Positions 19,884 to 29,988 of a DNA stretch of 64,000 nt are shown piece after piece. The stretch is from Microcystaceae cyanobacterium. Lineage in GTDB: Bacteria; Cyanobacteriota; Cyanobacteriia; Cyanobacteriales; Microcystaceae. The notes under the pieces are model-generated. The model did no database searches. It was not told the origin of the DNA and saw only the letters and a list, made by a program, of their open reading frames with translations. The position numbers and the translations under genes are program-made. Position 1 is the stretch's first letter. Every line of letters starts with the position of its first letter. Where the stretch lies: positions 1 to 64,000 of the forward strand of contig JBGTGT010000022.1 in assembly GCA_041746575.1 (NCBI GenBank), in the 5' to 3' direction.

Positions 19884-21374
19884 ATGCTTAATAACCTTGA
19901 TCTAAGTCTTACCCTTGACAAAGATACTTATCGTCAACAAATTGAAGCCCTGATGCGTCAATTGCGATCGCTTCAACAAGCGTGTTGGGAAGAACAATTA
20001 CCCGTTATTATTGTCCTCGAGGGATGGGCAACAGCCGGCAAGGGAACTTTACTCAAGCAAATGGTAAACTATATGGATCCTCGCGGATTTGCGGTTCATC
20101 CTATTTTACCCCCCACTTCCCAAGAGCAACGTTATCCTTTTCTCTGGCGATTTTGGCATAAATTACCCGCTAAAGGCAGTCTGGGCTTCTTTTATCATAG
20201 TTGGTACACCCATGTCCTAGAAGATCGTCTTTTTGAGCGCGTAGAAGACGGAAAGGCTCCGCTTTTGATGCAGGATATTAATGCTTTTGAACGACAATTA
20301 ACCGATGATGGGGTGGCGATCGCCAAATTTTGGATTCATCTCAGTCGCAAAGAATTAAAAAAACGCCTGAAAAAATACGAATCCGATGAATTAGACTCAT
20401 GGCGCGTTCGTCCTGAAGATTGGCAACAAGCGAAGAATTATGAGACTTATTCGAGATTAGTCGAAGAAATGCTTATCTATACTAGCACAGGAGCGGCCCC
20501 TTGGACGTTAGTGGAAGGAGACTGCCAACGGTGGTCACGGCTTAAGGTACTCTCTCAGTTAGTGGCTACTCTTACCCAAGCCCTAGATCGCTTGAAATTA
20601 CCCAAAGTCGGAACTCTGGTGATCGCACCCCAAACGGAACACTTGCCCACTGAACCAGATTTTTTAGCTAAAGTGGATTTAACCGCCAAATTAGAGAAAA
20701 TTGACTATAAAATTCAACTCAGAGAAGCTCAAATCGAGTTAAATAAGCTACAAATTAAGATTTTTCAGAAAGGTGTTCCCGTGTTAGCTCTCTTTGAAGG
20801 ATGGGATGCGGTGGGCAAAGGGGGCGCAATTAAGCGATTAACCGATACTTTAGACCCTCGGAGTTATAAAGTCAATACTTTTGCGGCACCTACCCAAGAA
20901 GAAGCTCGTTATCATTATCTTTGGCGATTTTGGCGGCATCTCCCCGGACAAGGAACAATTGGCATCTTTGATCGCAGTTGGTATGGACGGGTTTTAGTAG
21001 AACGCATTGAAGGATTTGCTACAGAAGCAGAGTGGCAAAGAGCTTATCAGGAAATTAATGAGTTTGAAGCGCAATTGACTAATTATGGGGTTGTTTTGCT
21101 AAAATTTTGGCTACATATCAGTCCAGAAGAACAGTTACGCCGCTTTGAAGAACGCAAAAACAATGTGTTTAAACAATATAAAATTACAGCAGAAGATTGG
21201 CGCAATCGGGAACGCTGGTCATTGTATGAGGTCGCGGTTAATCAAGCAATCGCGCGTACCAGTACCCCAGCCGCCCCTTGGACGATTGTCGCTGGCAATG
21301 ATAAGTATTTTGCTAGGGTAAAGGTGTTAAATACGGTAATTGAGTCCGTCAAAGCCGAATTAAAACGGAGATAA
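19884..21374 (+). CDS. pap: Polyphosphate:AMP phosphotransferase (two-domain PPK2)
   Basis: Two PPK2 domains with EGWATAGKG and EGWDAVGKGG, plus FDRSWYGRVLVER. Confidence 0.9.
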   Translation: MLNNLDLSLTLDKDTYRQQIEALMRQLRSLQQACWEEQLPVIIVLEGWATAGKGTLLKQMVNYMDPRGFAVHPILPPTSQEQRYPFLWRFWHKLPAKGSLGFFYHSWYTHVLEDRLFERVEDGKAPLLMQDINAFERQLTDDGVAIAKFWIHLSRKELKKRLKKYESDELDSWRVRPEDWQQAKNYETYSRLVEEMLIYTSTGAAPWTLVEGDCQRWSRLKVLSQLVATLTQALDRLKLPKVGTLVIAPQTEHLPTEPDFLAKVDLTAKLEKIDYKIQLREAQIELNKLQIKIFQKGVPVLALFEGWDAVGKGGAIKRLTDTLDPRSYKVNTFAAPTQEEARYHYLWRFWRHLPGQGTIGIFDRSWYGRVLVERIEGFATEAEWQRAYQEINEFEAQLTNYGVVLLKFWLHISPEEQLRRFEERKNNVFKQYKITAEDWRNRERWSLYEVAVNQAIARTSTPAAPWTIVAGNDKYFARVKVLNTVIESVKAELKRR

Positions 21375-21494
21375 TCTTATATAAGGCGAAAGTTAAGATT
21401 ATAGCGTTTCGCGACTTGCTCTTTTTGCGATCGCACGTAGGCTATTAAGCCCCGATTAATCAATAAAGTTGCCTCCAATTTGACTTTCTAAATT

Positions 21495-21644
21495 ACGTGA
21501 GTTCGATCCTCAAAAAATCTACGAGCCTTCTTTATCTAATTTTTTTGTGCAGGGGGTTTGGGGGGCTAGTCCCCCAATCAGAATTTGTTTTTCTTTTTAG
21601 AATAGACAAAAGGATTAAGATAATTGCCCTCGTCGAACTCACGT
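21495..21644. mobile_element. 150-bp MITE with 12-bp terminal inverted repeats and a 6-bp target duplication
   Basis: ACGTGAGTTCGA (21495) and TCGAACTCACGT (21633-21644), flanked on both sides by TAAATT. Confidence 0.85.
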
Positions 21645-21734
21645 TAAATTCGCTTTCAGGGTCGTCAAACCCCTTAAAACTGCGCTAAGATGGGTTTCTT
21701 TGGTTTTTTCTGCATTAAAGTTGTTTTGTTGATT

Positions 21735-22829
21735 TTAAGGAACATAAGACATCAATAACTGAATTGTTGCTCGAATTGAAGCTAAAGAGGCGGTTTCTTC
21801 GGCAGTATGATAACCTGTGGTGGGAATTTGCAGAGTTGTGCCATTAATATTACCTCCAGAGGCGACGACTAGGCGACCTAGTTCTGTTCTTCCCAAAGAA
21901 AGCGGTTTACTTCTCTCTTTATTTTGCGCTTCGATATAGGCATCCTTATAATTGTAAGTAATACCCAACTCTTGACATCTTTGGGCAATTTCTGCTGTCA
22001 TTTCTTCAGCAAATCTCCCGTTGGCATCCTTGCGTCGTAAAACAAGTTGTTGCTCATCAGCCACTTCACGAGTAGGGTAAGGACTGGTATCTAATACAAT
22101 TAAACGCTGTGTTGTGAGGTTATGACGCAAAAACCAAGCAAGGGCATAACGCCAACTCCGTCCTGCTTCTTCCTGCGCCGTAAAAAGAGCCGTTCCTTGA
22201 AAACCACAGCGAAAGAGATAGACTAGAATGGCCGCACTTAAAACATTATCTAACTGAGCAGAGGCATAACCGTCAGTCACTTGTAAACGGTCTAAAAAAG
22301 CGACAGGTGTACCCGGTTGCAGAAAATCAAGGCCATCCAGTTCAAAAATCAGATTTTTACGAGCAGGACAGATATAAGTCCGAATAATTTGTCCTTGTCC
22401 CAAATAAGTACCAGTATAAGGCAAATGCGCCTGTACTCTTCCTCCTTGAAAGCGATTCTCTATGAGATATAACATCTGTTCGGATACTGAATCCCCCGTC
22501 AATTCACTTTGGTTACTAGCAATGAAAGCGGCATACTGAAATTCATTGGGGCCGGTACAGAGTAAGCCATGACGGTCAATATGGGCAGAAAGAATGAGGC
22601 TTTCAGGGTTATTTCCTTCTGCAACGAGAACCCCCTGATAATAACTCACTTTTGCGCCAACTTCTTCTAATTCACGACGAAGCGTCCGAAAAAAAGCATC
22701 TTCACAGCCGACGACAGAAGGTTCACGGATCAGAGCATGAAGCAGACTGAAGAATTCTGTTAAATCTAGGTCAGTATTAAGAAAATGACCATTTTGCTTA
22801 GCAGTGACGGGCGCGACAAATTCCAGCAT
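21735..22829 (-). CDS. M42/M20-like metallopeptidase
   Basis: Metal-ligand pattern SAHIDRHG, AQLDN, AQEEAG and YHTAEE. Confidence 0.8.
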   Translation of the reverse strand: MLEFVAPVTAKQNGHFLNTDLDLTEFFSLLHALIREPSVVGCEDAFFRTLRRELEEVGAKVSYYQGVLVAEGNNPESLILSAHIDRHGLLCTGPNEFQYAAFIASNQSELTGDSVSEQMLYLIENRFQGGRVQAHLPYTGTYLGQGQIIRTYICPARKNLIFELDGLDFLQPGTPVAFLDRLQVTDGYASAQLDNVLSAAILVYLFRCGFQGTALFTAQEEAGRSWRYALAWFLRHNLTTQRLIVLDTSPYPTREVADEQQLVLRRKDANGRFAEEMTAEIAQRCQELGITYNYKDAYIEAQNKERSKPLSLGRTELGRLVVASGGNINGTTLQIPTTGYHTAEETASLASIRATIQLLMSYVP

Positions 22830-22957
22830 ATCTTAACATCTATTATGATAGATAATTGAAAGAGGGATAATATTAGGTGACCATACAACTTACGTCAGCT
22901 AAAAAATGTAATCTAAAATACATTTTACAAAAAGACGAATAATTTAGAAATCTCAAT

Positions 22958-24838
22958 TTAATCAAATTTGTGAACCTCAGAAGCGGTCTTTTCAGGTTGA
23001 CCCGATAGAGGAAAAATCAAAATACCATTAATCCTATTGTTGGAAATTAATTCCTTCAAATGATGCAATTGTTGATCGGTAATTGCAATGCCTGCATAAC
23101 TTTGAGCATATTTTAATTCTTCTTTAAAATTCGATTCAGCGTAGGCTTGAATAAACACTCGATCAATATTCCAATTTGCCCAATCTGCGGCAAAATAACG
23201 CTTTGCCCAATAAGGGTTATGATGACAAATATCAAAACTGACCGATGGATTCGCTTTCTTCATCGCCGTTGTCATTTGTTGCACAAATTTGCTTAAATTA
23301 GCAGTACGATCAACCTGACCCGGTAATTCAGCATGATACCCTAAATAATCGTCCCATTGAACCGCATCAATTTGGGGATATTTCTGCACAAATTCCACTA
23401 AAATATTCGTAAAGAATTGAGCAATTTCCGGCACTTCCACATCTAAGACATAATGATCAATGCCACTATAGGTTTTATCTAGCCCTGGAACGAGCCATTT
23501 GCGCTGAATCGCTAAGTTAAAAATCGGACTATTTTGATCAATTTTAATGCCTTTTTCAAAATAAGCATGGACTTCCATTCCTTGTTTATGGGCTTCATCT
23601 ATTAACCAATTCAACCACTGATCTTGAAACTGATTCGGACAACTTTGATACCCCAAGGTTTTCTGCATCACTTCACTTTTATACATTGTACAACCATTCC
23701 CCCAAACCCCATGAATAATTGTATTAATCCCTTGAGAATGATAATAACGAACCCTTTCTCTGATGGTTTCTTCGCTGGCATTATTCGTGATTTGATAGCG
23801 GCTTAAATAAATGCCTCGAATGGCTTTTTTTCGCCAAGGGGTTTCAGCAATGGGAGCTTTTTTTAAGGGAAATAATGCTGTTTGTGTTTGAGAGACCTTA
23901 GTTTTAGCAGACTCAATAACCTGTTGTCCCGGCGGAGACATCACATAACCCAAAAACGCTTTAACCTGAGGTTGAATCGGTTCTCGATAAACATAGAATA
24001 AAGAATGCTGATAAGGGTAATCCGTTGCTTCAGGAATTAACCCATCAATGGGGACAATTCTAACGGTTAATTGATTCTTCACTTGAGCATAAGAGGCATA
24101 ACTAATTCCCTCTTTTCCTAAAGTTTGTAAAATCGCCGGCGTTGAATCTTGATTTAAAGAATTAGACTGAGCATTATTGCCAAACTTTTCCCCTTTTAAA
24201 GCAATTTCTTGAAAAACCTGATAGGTTTCACTGAGCGGAGGGCGGTTAATAATTTTAATCGGTTGATTATCCCCTTTAAAGGCTGACCAATGAGTAATTT
24301 TTCCCGTAAAAATCTCCCTAACTTGTGTTTGAGTTAAACCTCTACGAAAAGGATTATTCACATGAACAATAACCACAATTTTGTCTTGAGTAATCGGAAT
24401 TTGTTTTAAACCTTGAGCTTTTTCTGTTAAAGTTAACGGCCGAGACACTGCCGCAATATCAATTTTATTCGCTAACAATTGCTGAATTCCAATTTCTGAA
24501 CCTTGGGTATTACTATTAACAGTTGTCCCTAAAAAACGTTGTTGAAAAGCTGTTTTTAATTCCTGATTAATTGAAACTAAACGAGTAGAACCCTCTAAGT
24601 TAATCACTGTTCCTGAAGAGACATTTGTCGGTAAAGGAAATGGGGGGATAACCTCATCGCTAACAGCGGAAATAGGAGCGGTAAAAATTGGCGAAAGCGT
24701 TTCTCTGGCCTGACGAGACAAAGAAAATGGCGTCAAATATTCATTTGACGCCAACCATCCATATCCAATGCCTAAAATAGCCAAAAGGATTAGAAAATTA
24801 ACGCATCCGCATCCTGCTTTTTGATTTTGGGGTGACAT
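22958..24838 (-). CDS. Membrane-anchored PstS-like binding domain fused to a GHL10 (DUF187) glycoside hydrolase-like domain
   Basis: TM segment, then the PBP motifs GST...GSEIGI...DIAAVSR...IFTGKITHW, then RGIYL, EAHKQGMEVHAYFE and DAVQWDDY. Confidence 0.8.
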   Translation of the reverse strand: MSPQNQKAGCGCVNFLILLAILGIGYGWLASNEYLTPFSLSRQARETLSPIFTAPISAVSDEVIPPFPLPTNVSSGTVINLEGSTRLVSINQELKTAFQQRFLGTTVNSNTQGSEIGIQQLLANKIDIAAVSRPLTLTEKAQGLKQIPITQDKIVVIVHVNNPFRRGLTQTQVREIFTGKITHWSAFKGDNQPIKIINRPPLSETYQVFQEIALKGEKFGNNAQSNSLNQDSTPAILQTLGKEGISYASYAQVKNQLTVRIVPIDGLIPEATDYPYQHSLFYVYREPIQPQVKAFLGYVMSPPGQQVIESAKTKVSQTQTALFPLKKAPIAETPWRKKAIRGIYLSRYQITNNASEETIRERVRYYHSQGINTIIHGVWGNGCTMYKSEVMQKTLGYQSCPNQFQDQWLNWLIDEAHKQGMEVHAYFEKGIKIDQNSPIFNLAIQRKWLVPGLDKTYSGIDHYVLDVEVPEIAQFFTNILVEFVQKYPQIDAVQWDDYLGYHAELPGQVDRTANLSKFVQQMTTAMKKANPSVSFDICHHNPYWAKRYFAADWANWNIDRVFIQAYAESNFKEELKYAQSYAGIAITDQQLHHLKELISNNRINGILIFPLSGQPEKTASEVHKFD

Positions 24839-25400
24839 TACAATAAAATCTTAAATTGTTTATTACTCTGTCCTAAAAATAAGGCCGCCTATTCTTCATC
24901 TCTTCACAGTCACCAATAACCTACAGATGAGAATCGTTTTCTTACTTTATGTTCTATTTTAACATACCTAAAAATACAGCGTCTTCTTGCTTTTTTTCCG
25001 TTAGCAATTCGCAGAATCCCGTAAACTCTCGGTGTCTGTCCAAAAAGAAATCGAAAAGTTTCTCTGCAAAAATACCGAATAACATTGCCTTAATAAAATT
25101 TCATGACAAATAACGAAAAAGACTGTTACTTTTTTGAGCCGTTAGGGAAGACTAAGAAAGTAGAAAAAAAGAAAGGAGTGAAATTTCAGACAATTCATCG
25201 CTCTAACGATTCCAGAATTTTGTAGAAACCACTCCCATCCCACTACCGCATTGTGAACATCATCATCAAGGGTTTGTCCCAAGATACCCGCTAAAGGCCA
25301 TCTTGCTCCATGAAGTATGATCTTCTAAGTCTATATTAAACGCTACCCTCATTATCTGTCCAACTTTTATTCTGCCTTGTGATCTGCGAGGAGTCCAACG

Positions 25401-26465
25401 ATGACTAAAATCACTGAAACTAGCCCCAATTCCCCATCAAGAGAAACTAATCAAAACCTTTCTTGGTGGAAACGCCCCGTTATGGGAGAAGGAAGTATCC
25501 TTGAAGCATTATTGGGAGGACAAGCCCAAGAAGACGTTTCCGAAAGTGCTTTAATGTTACACAATCGGGAGATGATGGATATCAAGGTCTTTGCTAAAAC
25601 GGCAGAAGCGATTGATAGTGAAAAGTTTGGTAGCGAGGAATTTTTGCAATTCGTGCGTCTGAAATACGCCATTACCAGAGATTTAGATGAATATAAAGGA
25701 CTCGATCAAAGTATTGAATTATTGAAAGTGGCTATTGATGCCAAAGATAGTTTTATCTCGATTGACCAAACCGAATTACGTTATCGCGGCACAAAACAGC
25801 AAGATTTCTATCAATATGTTGAAGATTTATTGAACAATGAGACAACCCGAACCGATGAAGATTTGTTTCGTGAAAGGGTAACCGCTCAATTAGACGAATT
25901 GTTGCCTCAAGTCAAAACCGAAGAAGGTCGTACGGCTCTACAAGCTTATGCTCATCATCTTGATACCTTATCGGAAAGTCGCTTAGGCTTAAAATTATTG
26001 GCGTTGTTTAAAACCTATCAACTCGCTGACTATTCCATTTTGAAAATCATCTCAGATATCATTCAAGGGTTAAACAAAAAAGATTTAATGAATTTAAAAG
26101 GAATCGAATCTTTGGTCATTATTAATTATCAAGTCTTTGAAAAGCTCAGAAAAATTATTGGGATTTCAGCCAGTCAACATAAGCCTGAAACCTATGCTCT
26201 TATCCTCCAATATATTGCCCTATCCTATCGTCATGGCTTGTCTTATCTGAAGTTTGATGAATTAATTAATATTTTGAAGAAATGGTCAAGACATTATCAT
26301 GCTTTAAACGGTATTCGTTCTGCTCACCCCTCAGAGCAGTACAAACAACCCCAAGAATTTTCTGATCCTATACCAGGAATCGCTATTTACGAAAAATACA
26401 AAAAATCCTTAACGAATCCTAAGACAGGGATGGCTTACGTCGATTTCGGTGAAGGAGCGATTTAG
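25401..26465 (+). CDS. Hypothetical protein
   Basis: 354-aa ORF with a GAGGAG ribosome-binding site; no motif recognised. Confidence 0.85.
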   Translation: MTKITETSPNSPSRETNQNLSWWKRPVMGEGSILEALLGGQAQEDVSESALMLHNREMMDIKVFAKTAEAIDSEKFGSEEFLQFVRLKYAITRDLDEYKGLDQSIELLKVAIDAKDSFISIDQTELRYRGTKQQDFYQYVEDLLNNETTRTDEDLFRERVTAQLDELLPQVKTEEGRTALQAYAHHLDTLSESRLGLKLLALFKTYQLADYSILKIISDIIQGLNKKDLMNLKGIESLVIINYQVFEKLRKIIGISASQHKPETYALILQYIALSYRHGLSYLKFDELINILKKWSRHYHALNGIRSAHPSEQYKQPQEFSDPIPGIAIYEKYKKSLTNPKTGMAYVDFGEGAI

Positions 26466-26555
26466 GAGTTTAACTTGAGTTCGGGATAAGCTGAAAACCC
26501 TATTGCTTTGTAGATAGCAAAACGCAGAATTGACGCCAAATCGAGCGATTATCGG

Positions 26556-28025
26556 CTACTTATAATGATGATTTCTCAGACAATTATCACAATGACCACA
26601 CCGAAATCGCTGAGCTTGTTCACCAAATCCAAAAGCATAGAGCAGAAATTGCCAACGACAGCTTTGTGTTCTCAAATACTTAAGCATTTCTAGCTGTTTT
26701 TGTTGCTGAGTAACATTTGCATGAACTAACGACGTTTCGCTTTGATTTTTAGTTAACTGATAGTGAAACGGATCTAACCATTCGAGTTTTTGCGCCTGAA
26801 AGAGCAACGATAAAGCCATCTCTCCGTAACGAAACTGAGCTTTAATGGTCTTGATGTCTCCTTGCGAGGGAATTTGTGCAGAAATACGTTGAGCGTGTAA
26901 ATATTGTTTGTAAAGTTGATCTTGCCAAAATTTGTGCCGTTGATGATCGCTCGGATCGAGTAAACCCGTGGGTTCGCTAACAAAGGCCAATGCTTGCGTC
27001 GGTTGACCATCTCTTCCGCCTCGCCCCACTTCTTGCAGATATTCCGATAATAAAGCAGGTGCTTGAAAATGAACTACCCAGCGTACATTTGGCTTATTAA
27101 TTCCCATACCAAAGGCAGACGTACAGAGAACAAAGGGATATTCCCCGCTTAACCAGCAATTTTCAATCTCTCTGCGTTGACGAGAACTTAAACCTGCATG
27201 ATAGGCAGCAGTTGAATAATGGCGAGCCGTCAGCCATTGACTGAGTTTTTCGCTTTCTCGACGTGATCGTACATAAATTAAACCCGATTCTTGGGAATGA
27301 GAACGAATTAACTGTAATAATTGACGACGACGACAGAAGGGTGTCCAAGCGACTTGAATCTTTAAATTTAAATTAGGACGATAGGGGCTTTCTAAGACGA
27401 TTTTTGGGGCTTTAAGTTGTAAAATCTCGCAAATTTGTGCTTGAGTTTTAGGGTCAGCCGTAGCGGTAAAGGCAGTAATGCCAAAGGGAGTAGAGGGATT
27501 AACCGCCAAGAGAGACTGACGAACGATACCTAAGCGATAATAGGCAGGGCGAAAATGCTGCCCCCATTGTACCAGACAGTGGGCTTCATCAAGGATCATG
27601 CTATTAATGCGCATATTCGGGCGTTTTAGCCTTTGCCAAACGGGTTCACTCAGTAAGGTTTCTGGGGAAAGGTACAAAAGCCGTAATTTTTGCTGTTCTA
27701 GGGCGTGTAAGGTCTGTTGACGTTGGGGACGAGACAGCTGATGATGGAGTAAGGCGGCAGGTAATTGGCGTTGTTGCAGGTCTTTAACTTGATTTTCCAT
27801 TAAAGCGACCAAAGGAGATACCACTAAAGTCACCCCTTCTTCCATTAAAGCCGGTAATTGAAAACAGAGGGATTTCCCCCCTCCCGTGGGCATGATGACT
27901 AGCGCATCTCGTTTAGCTAAGATGCAGTGAATAATATCTTCTTGAGCCGGGCGAAAATCACTATACCCCCAAACTGCTTGAAAGGTTTGACGAATACGTT
28001 GCCAATCAGACGAGTAAAGATTCAT
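26556..28025 (-). CDS. recQ: RecQ-family ATP-dependent DNA helicase
   Basis: MPTGGGKS, DEAHC, TATA, QEVGRGGRDG and the Zn site CRW...CGHCDNC. Start placed at MNLY. Confidence 0.92.
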   Translation of the reverse strand: MNLYSSDWQRIRQTFQAVWGYSDFRPAQEDIIHCILAKRDALVIMPTGGGKSLCFQLPALMEEGVTLVVSPLVALMENQVKDLQQRQLPAALLHHQLSRPQRQQTLHALEQQKLRLLYLSPETLLSEPVWQRLKRPNMRINSMILDEAHCLVQWGQHFRPAYYRLGIVRQSLLAVNPSTPFGITAFTATADPKTQAQICEILQLKAPKIVLESPYRPNLNLKIQVAWTPFCRRRQLLQLIRSHSQESGLIYVRSRRESEKLSQWLTARHYSTAAYHAGLSSRQRREIENCWLSGEYPFVLCTSAFGMGINKPNVRWVVHFQAPALLSEYLQEVGRGGRDGQPTQALAFVSEPTGLLDPSDHQRHKFWQDQLYKQYLHAQRISAQIPSQGDIKTIKAQFRYGEMALSLLFQAQKLEWLDPFHYQLTKNQSETSLVHANVTQQQKQLEMLKYLRTQSCRWQFLLYAFGFGEQAQRFRCGHCDNCLRNHHYK

Positions 28026-28190
28026 AAGAGATGCGTCGATTAGATCAATGGGGAAGGGATTGCCATTTACCGTCAGCTTTTGATCATACACGAGTGTCGG
28101 CTCATCTTGAGTGTTCTTCAATTTTGGTCCATTCGGCGTGATAAGATAACAAGTCGAATACCTTTCGATTCTTTAATTAAGAATGATTGC

Positions 28191-28652
28191 ATGACTGATT
28201 CCCAAGATGCCTATTTAGGAGCAACAGTTCCCCACTTTTGGTTACAGCAGTACGAATCTTTAGCCCAAAAAAAAGGAAAAACAAGAGAAGAATTGATTAG
28301 GGAAGCTTTGGCAGATTATTTGAGCATAAATTCTGCTTCTGATTCTCAATCTAGTCAATTAACTCAAGAAATCACGGATCTGTCCCGACGGGTTACGGTA
28401 CTAGAAACCGCTCAATCTCACCTCAATCACTTAGCGGCTCAGTTTCAGCATCTAGAACAGAAATTCAAGCAGCTTTCTGGGGAAACATCAAACAGGGATA
28501 ATCAACCTCAGAACCCGCCTTCTTCCTCTAATTCAGAGAAAATTAATAAGACCTCTCCCGCTGCCAATTTTTCCCTTGTTACCCCCCCAGATCAAGAAGA
28601 TTATGATGAACCCGATGAAATTCTCTGGGATTTTAAGGGCGATCATTCATAG
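28191..28652 (+). CDS. CopG/ribbon-helix-helix family protein with coiled coil
   Basis: LAQKKGKTREELIREALADYL and the acidic tail DEPDEILWDF. Confidence 0.7.
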   Translation: MTDSQDAYLGATVPHFWLQQYESLAQKKGKTREELIREALADYLSINSASDSQSSQLTQEITDLSRRVTVLETAQSHLNHLAAQFQHLEQKFKQLSGETSNRDNQPQNPPSSSNSEKINKTSPAANFSLVTPPDQEDYDEPDEILWDFKGDHS

Positions 28653-28661
28653 TTAAAGGGT

Positions 28662-29291
28662 TTACCGTGCTAAAACGCCATTTAAAAAAATATCGGCAAT
28701 TCCTTCGGCCATTTCCTTTAAAGCTCTCGGTGACGTATCGGGATTAATAATCGTTTCTTCCGAAAAACCAGCGATCGCAAACATCCCTAAAAAGACCTGT
28801 GCGACGATTTTCGGGTCGAGCTGACGATAAATTCCCTTATCCATCGCTGATTGAAAGAAGACTTCTGCTACATCGGTCATTTTTCCAATCACTTCTAATT
28901 GAATTTTTTCTCGTAATTCAGGATGGAATTGCGCCTCAATAAAACAAACTCGCAATAAATCATTATTTTCCCGCATCCGAAACATCCGACGACGCATGAC
29001 TTTATCTACCGCTTTATAGCTTTCCATTTCACTCAATTCAGTCAACAAGTCCGTTAAAATTTCGCTCCATCCCGACGTGGCCACTTCGATTAAAATCGCT
29101 TTTTTGCTGGGAAAATAACGAAATAATGTTCCTTCTGCCACATTTGCTGTCGCGGCAAGGTCTTTTGTGGTTGTTCCATCATATCCTTTAGCGGCAAACA
29201 GACGTAAAGCCGTCTGCAAAATCCGTTGACGGGGATCATCATCAGAGATTGACCCAGATTCAATCGTCATTTCTGAACGCAATTTAGACAT
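28662..29291 (-). CDS. TetR/AcrR family transcriptional regulator
   Basis: HTH motif RILQTALRLF...GTTTKDLA...GTLFRYFPSK. Confidence 0.93.
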   Translation of the reverse strand: MSKLRSEMTIESGSISDDDPRQRILQTALRLFAAKGYDGTTTKDLAATANVAEGTLFRYFPSKKAILIEVATSGWSEILTDLLTELSEMESYKAVDKVMRRRMFRMRENNDLLRVCFIEAQFHPELREKIQLEVIGKMTDVAEVFFQSAMDKGIYRQLDPKIVAQVFLGMFAIAGFSEETIINPDTSPRALKEMAEGIADIFLNGVLAR

Positions 29292-29485
29292 GAGGGAAAC
29301 ACCGTAACACTGTAGGGTTCATTTTCCTCGATCAATTGGATTAAAAGAAGCGATCGTTAATAAATTTAATGATTTTAATCCGTCCCGAACTAACCCTTTT
29401 GCAGAGAAGAATTTTGACTTTTGAATTTCCGAAGGGGTCATTCCATACGATAATAAGAAGGACGTTAGAACTCGGAAACAAGCCA

Positions 29486-29974
29486 ATGACCACCGTTAAT
29501 CCCAGTGAGCCTACCCTAGCTGACCATGAAGTTGAGGAGATTATCGAAGATTTATTCGATGAACCCGGTACTCATAAAGACGTCATTGAAACGGTAATTG
29601 GTAGCTTAGAACAAAATGATAGTGCGATGGTACTGCACAACAAAGAGGGCTATCTTTGGAAGTTTCAGTATGGCAGTGTTGAAGTCTTTGTGCAACTCAC
29701 CGGAGAGGGCGACGATGATCTCTTAACGGTTTGGTCTCCTGTATTAACTTTACCGGCAACAGACAAAATCGGACTATTAAACCGATTATTAGAGATGAAT
29801 TGGTCAGATACCTTTGAAACTCGCTTTGCTAAGGTAAAAGATCAAATTATCGTGGTTTCCCAACGAACAGTAGCTGATCTCTCCCCCGGTGAAATTTCTC
29901 GCGCCGTAACCTTGGTAGCCACCATTGCCGATGATCACGATGAATCGTTGAAAGATACTTACGGTGGCACTTAA
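29486..29974 (+). CDS. YbjN-domain (sensory transduction regulator-like) protein
   Basis: WKFQYGSVEVFVQLTG and LLEMNW...RTVADLSPGEISR. Start placed at MTTVN. Confidence 0.8.
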   Translation: MTTVNPSEPTLADHEVEEIIEDLFDEPGTHKDVIETVIGSLEQNDSAMVLHNKEGYLWKFQYGSVEVFVQLTGEGDDDLLTVWSPVLTLPATDKIGLLNRLLEMNWSDTFETRFAKVKDQIIVVSQRTVADLSPGEISRAVTLVATIADDHDESLKDTYGGT

Positions 29975-29988
29975 ACAAAATTGCTAAA

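Noticed and set aside
19884..20100. Degenerate Walker A (EGWATAGKG) in the first PPK2 domain
   Set aside because: A divergent N-terminal domain is expected in two-domain PPK2 enzymes.
21497..21688. 63-aa ORF
   Set aside because: It lies across the MITE and has no protein-like features.
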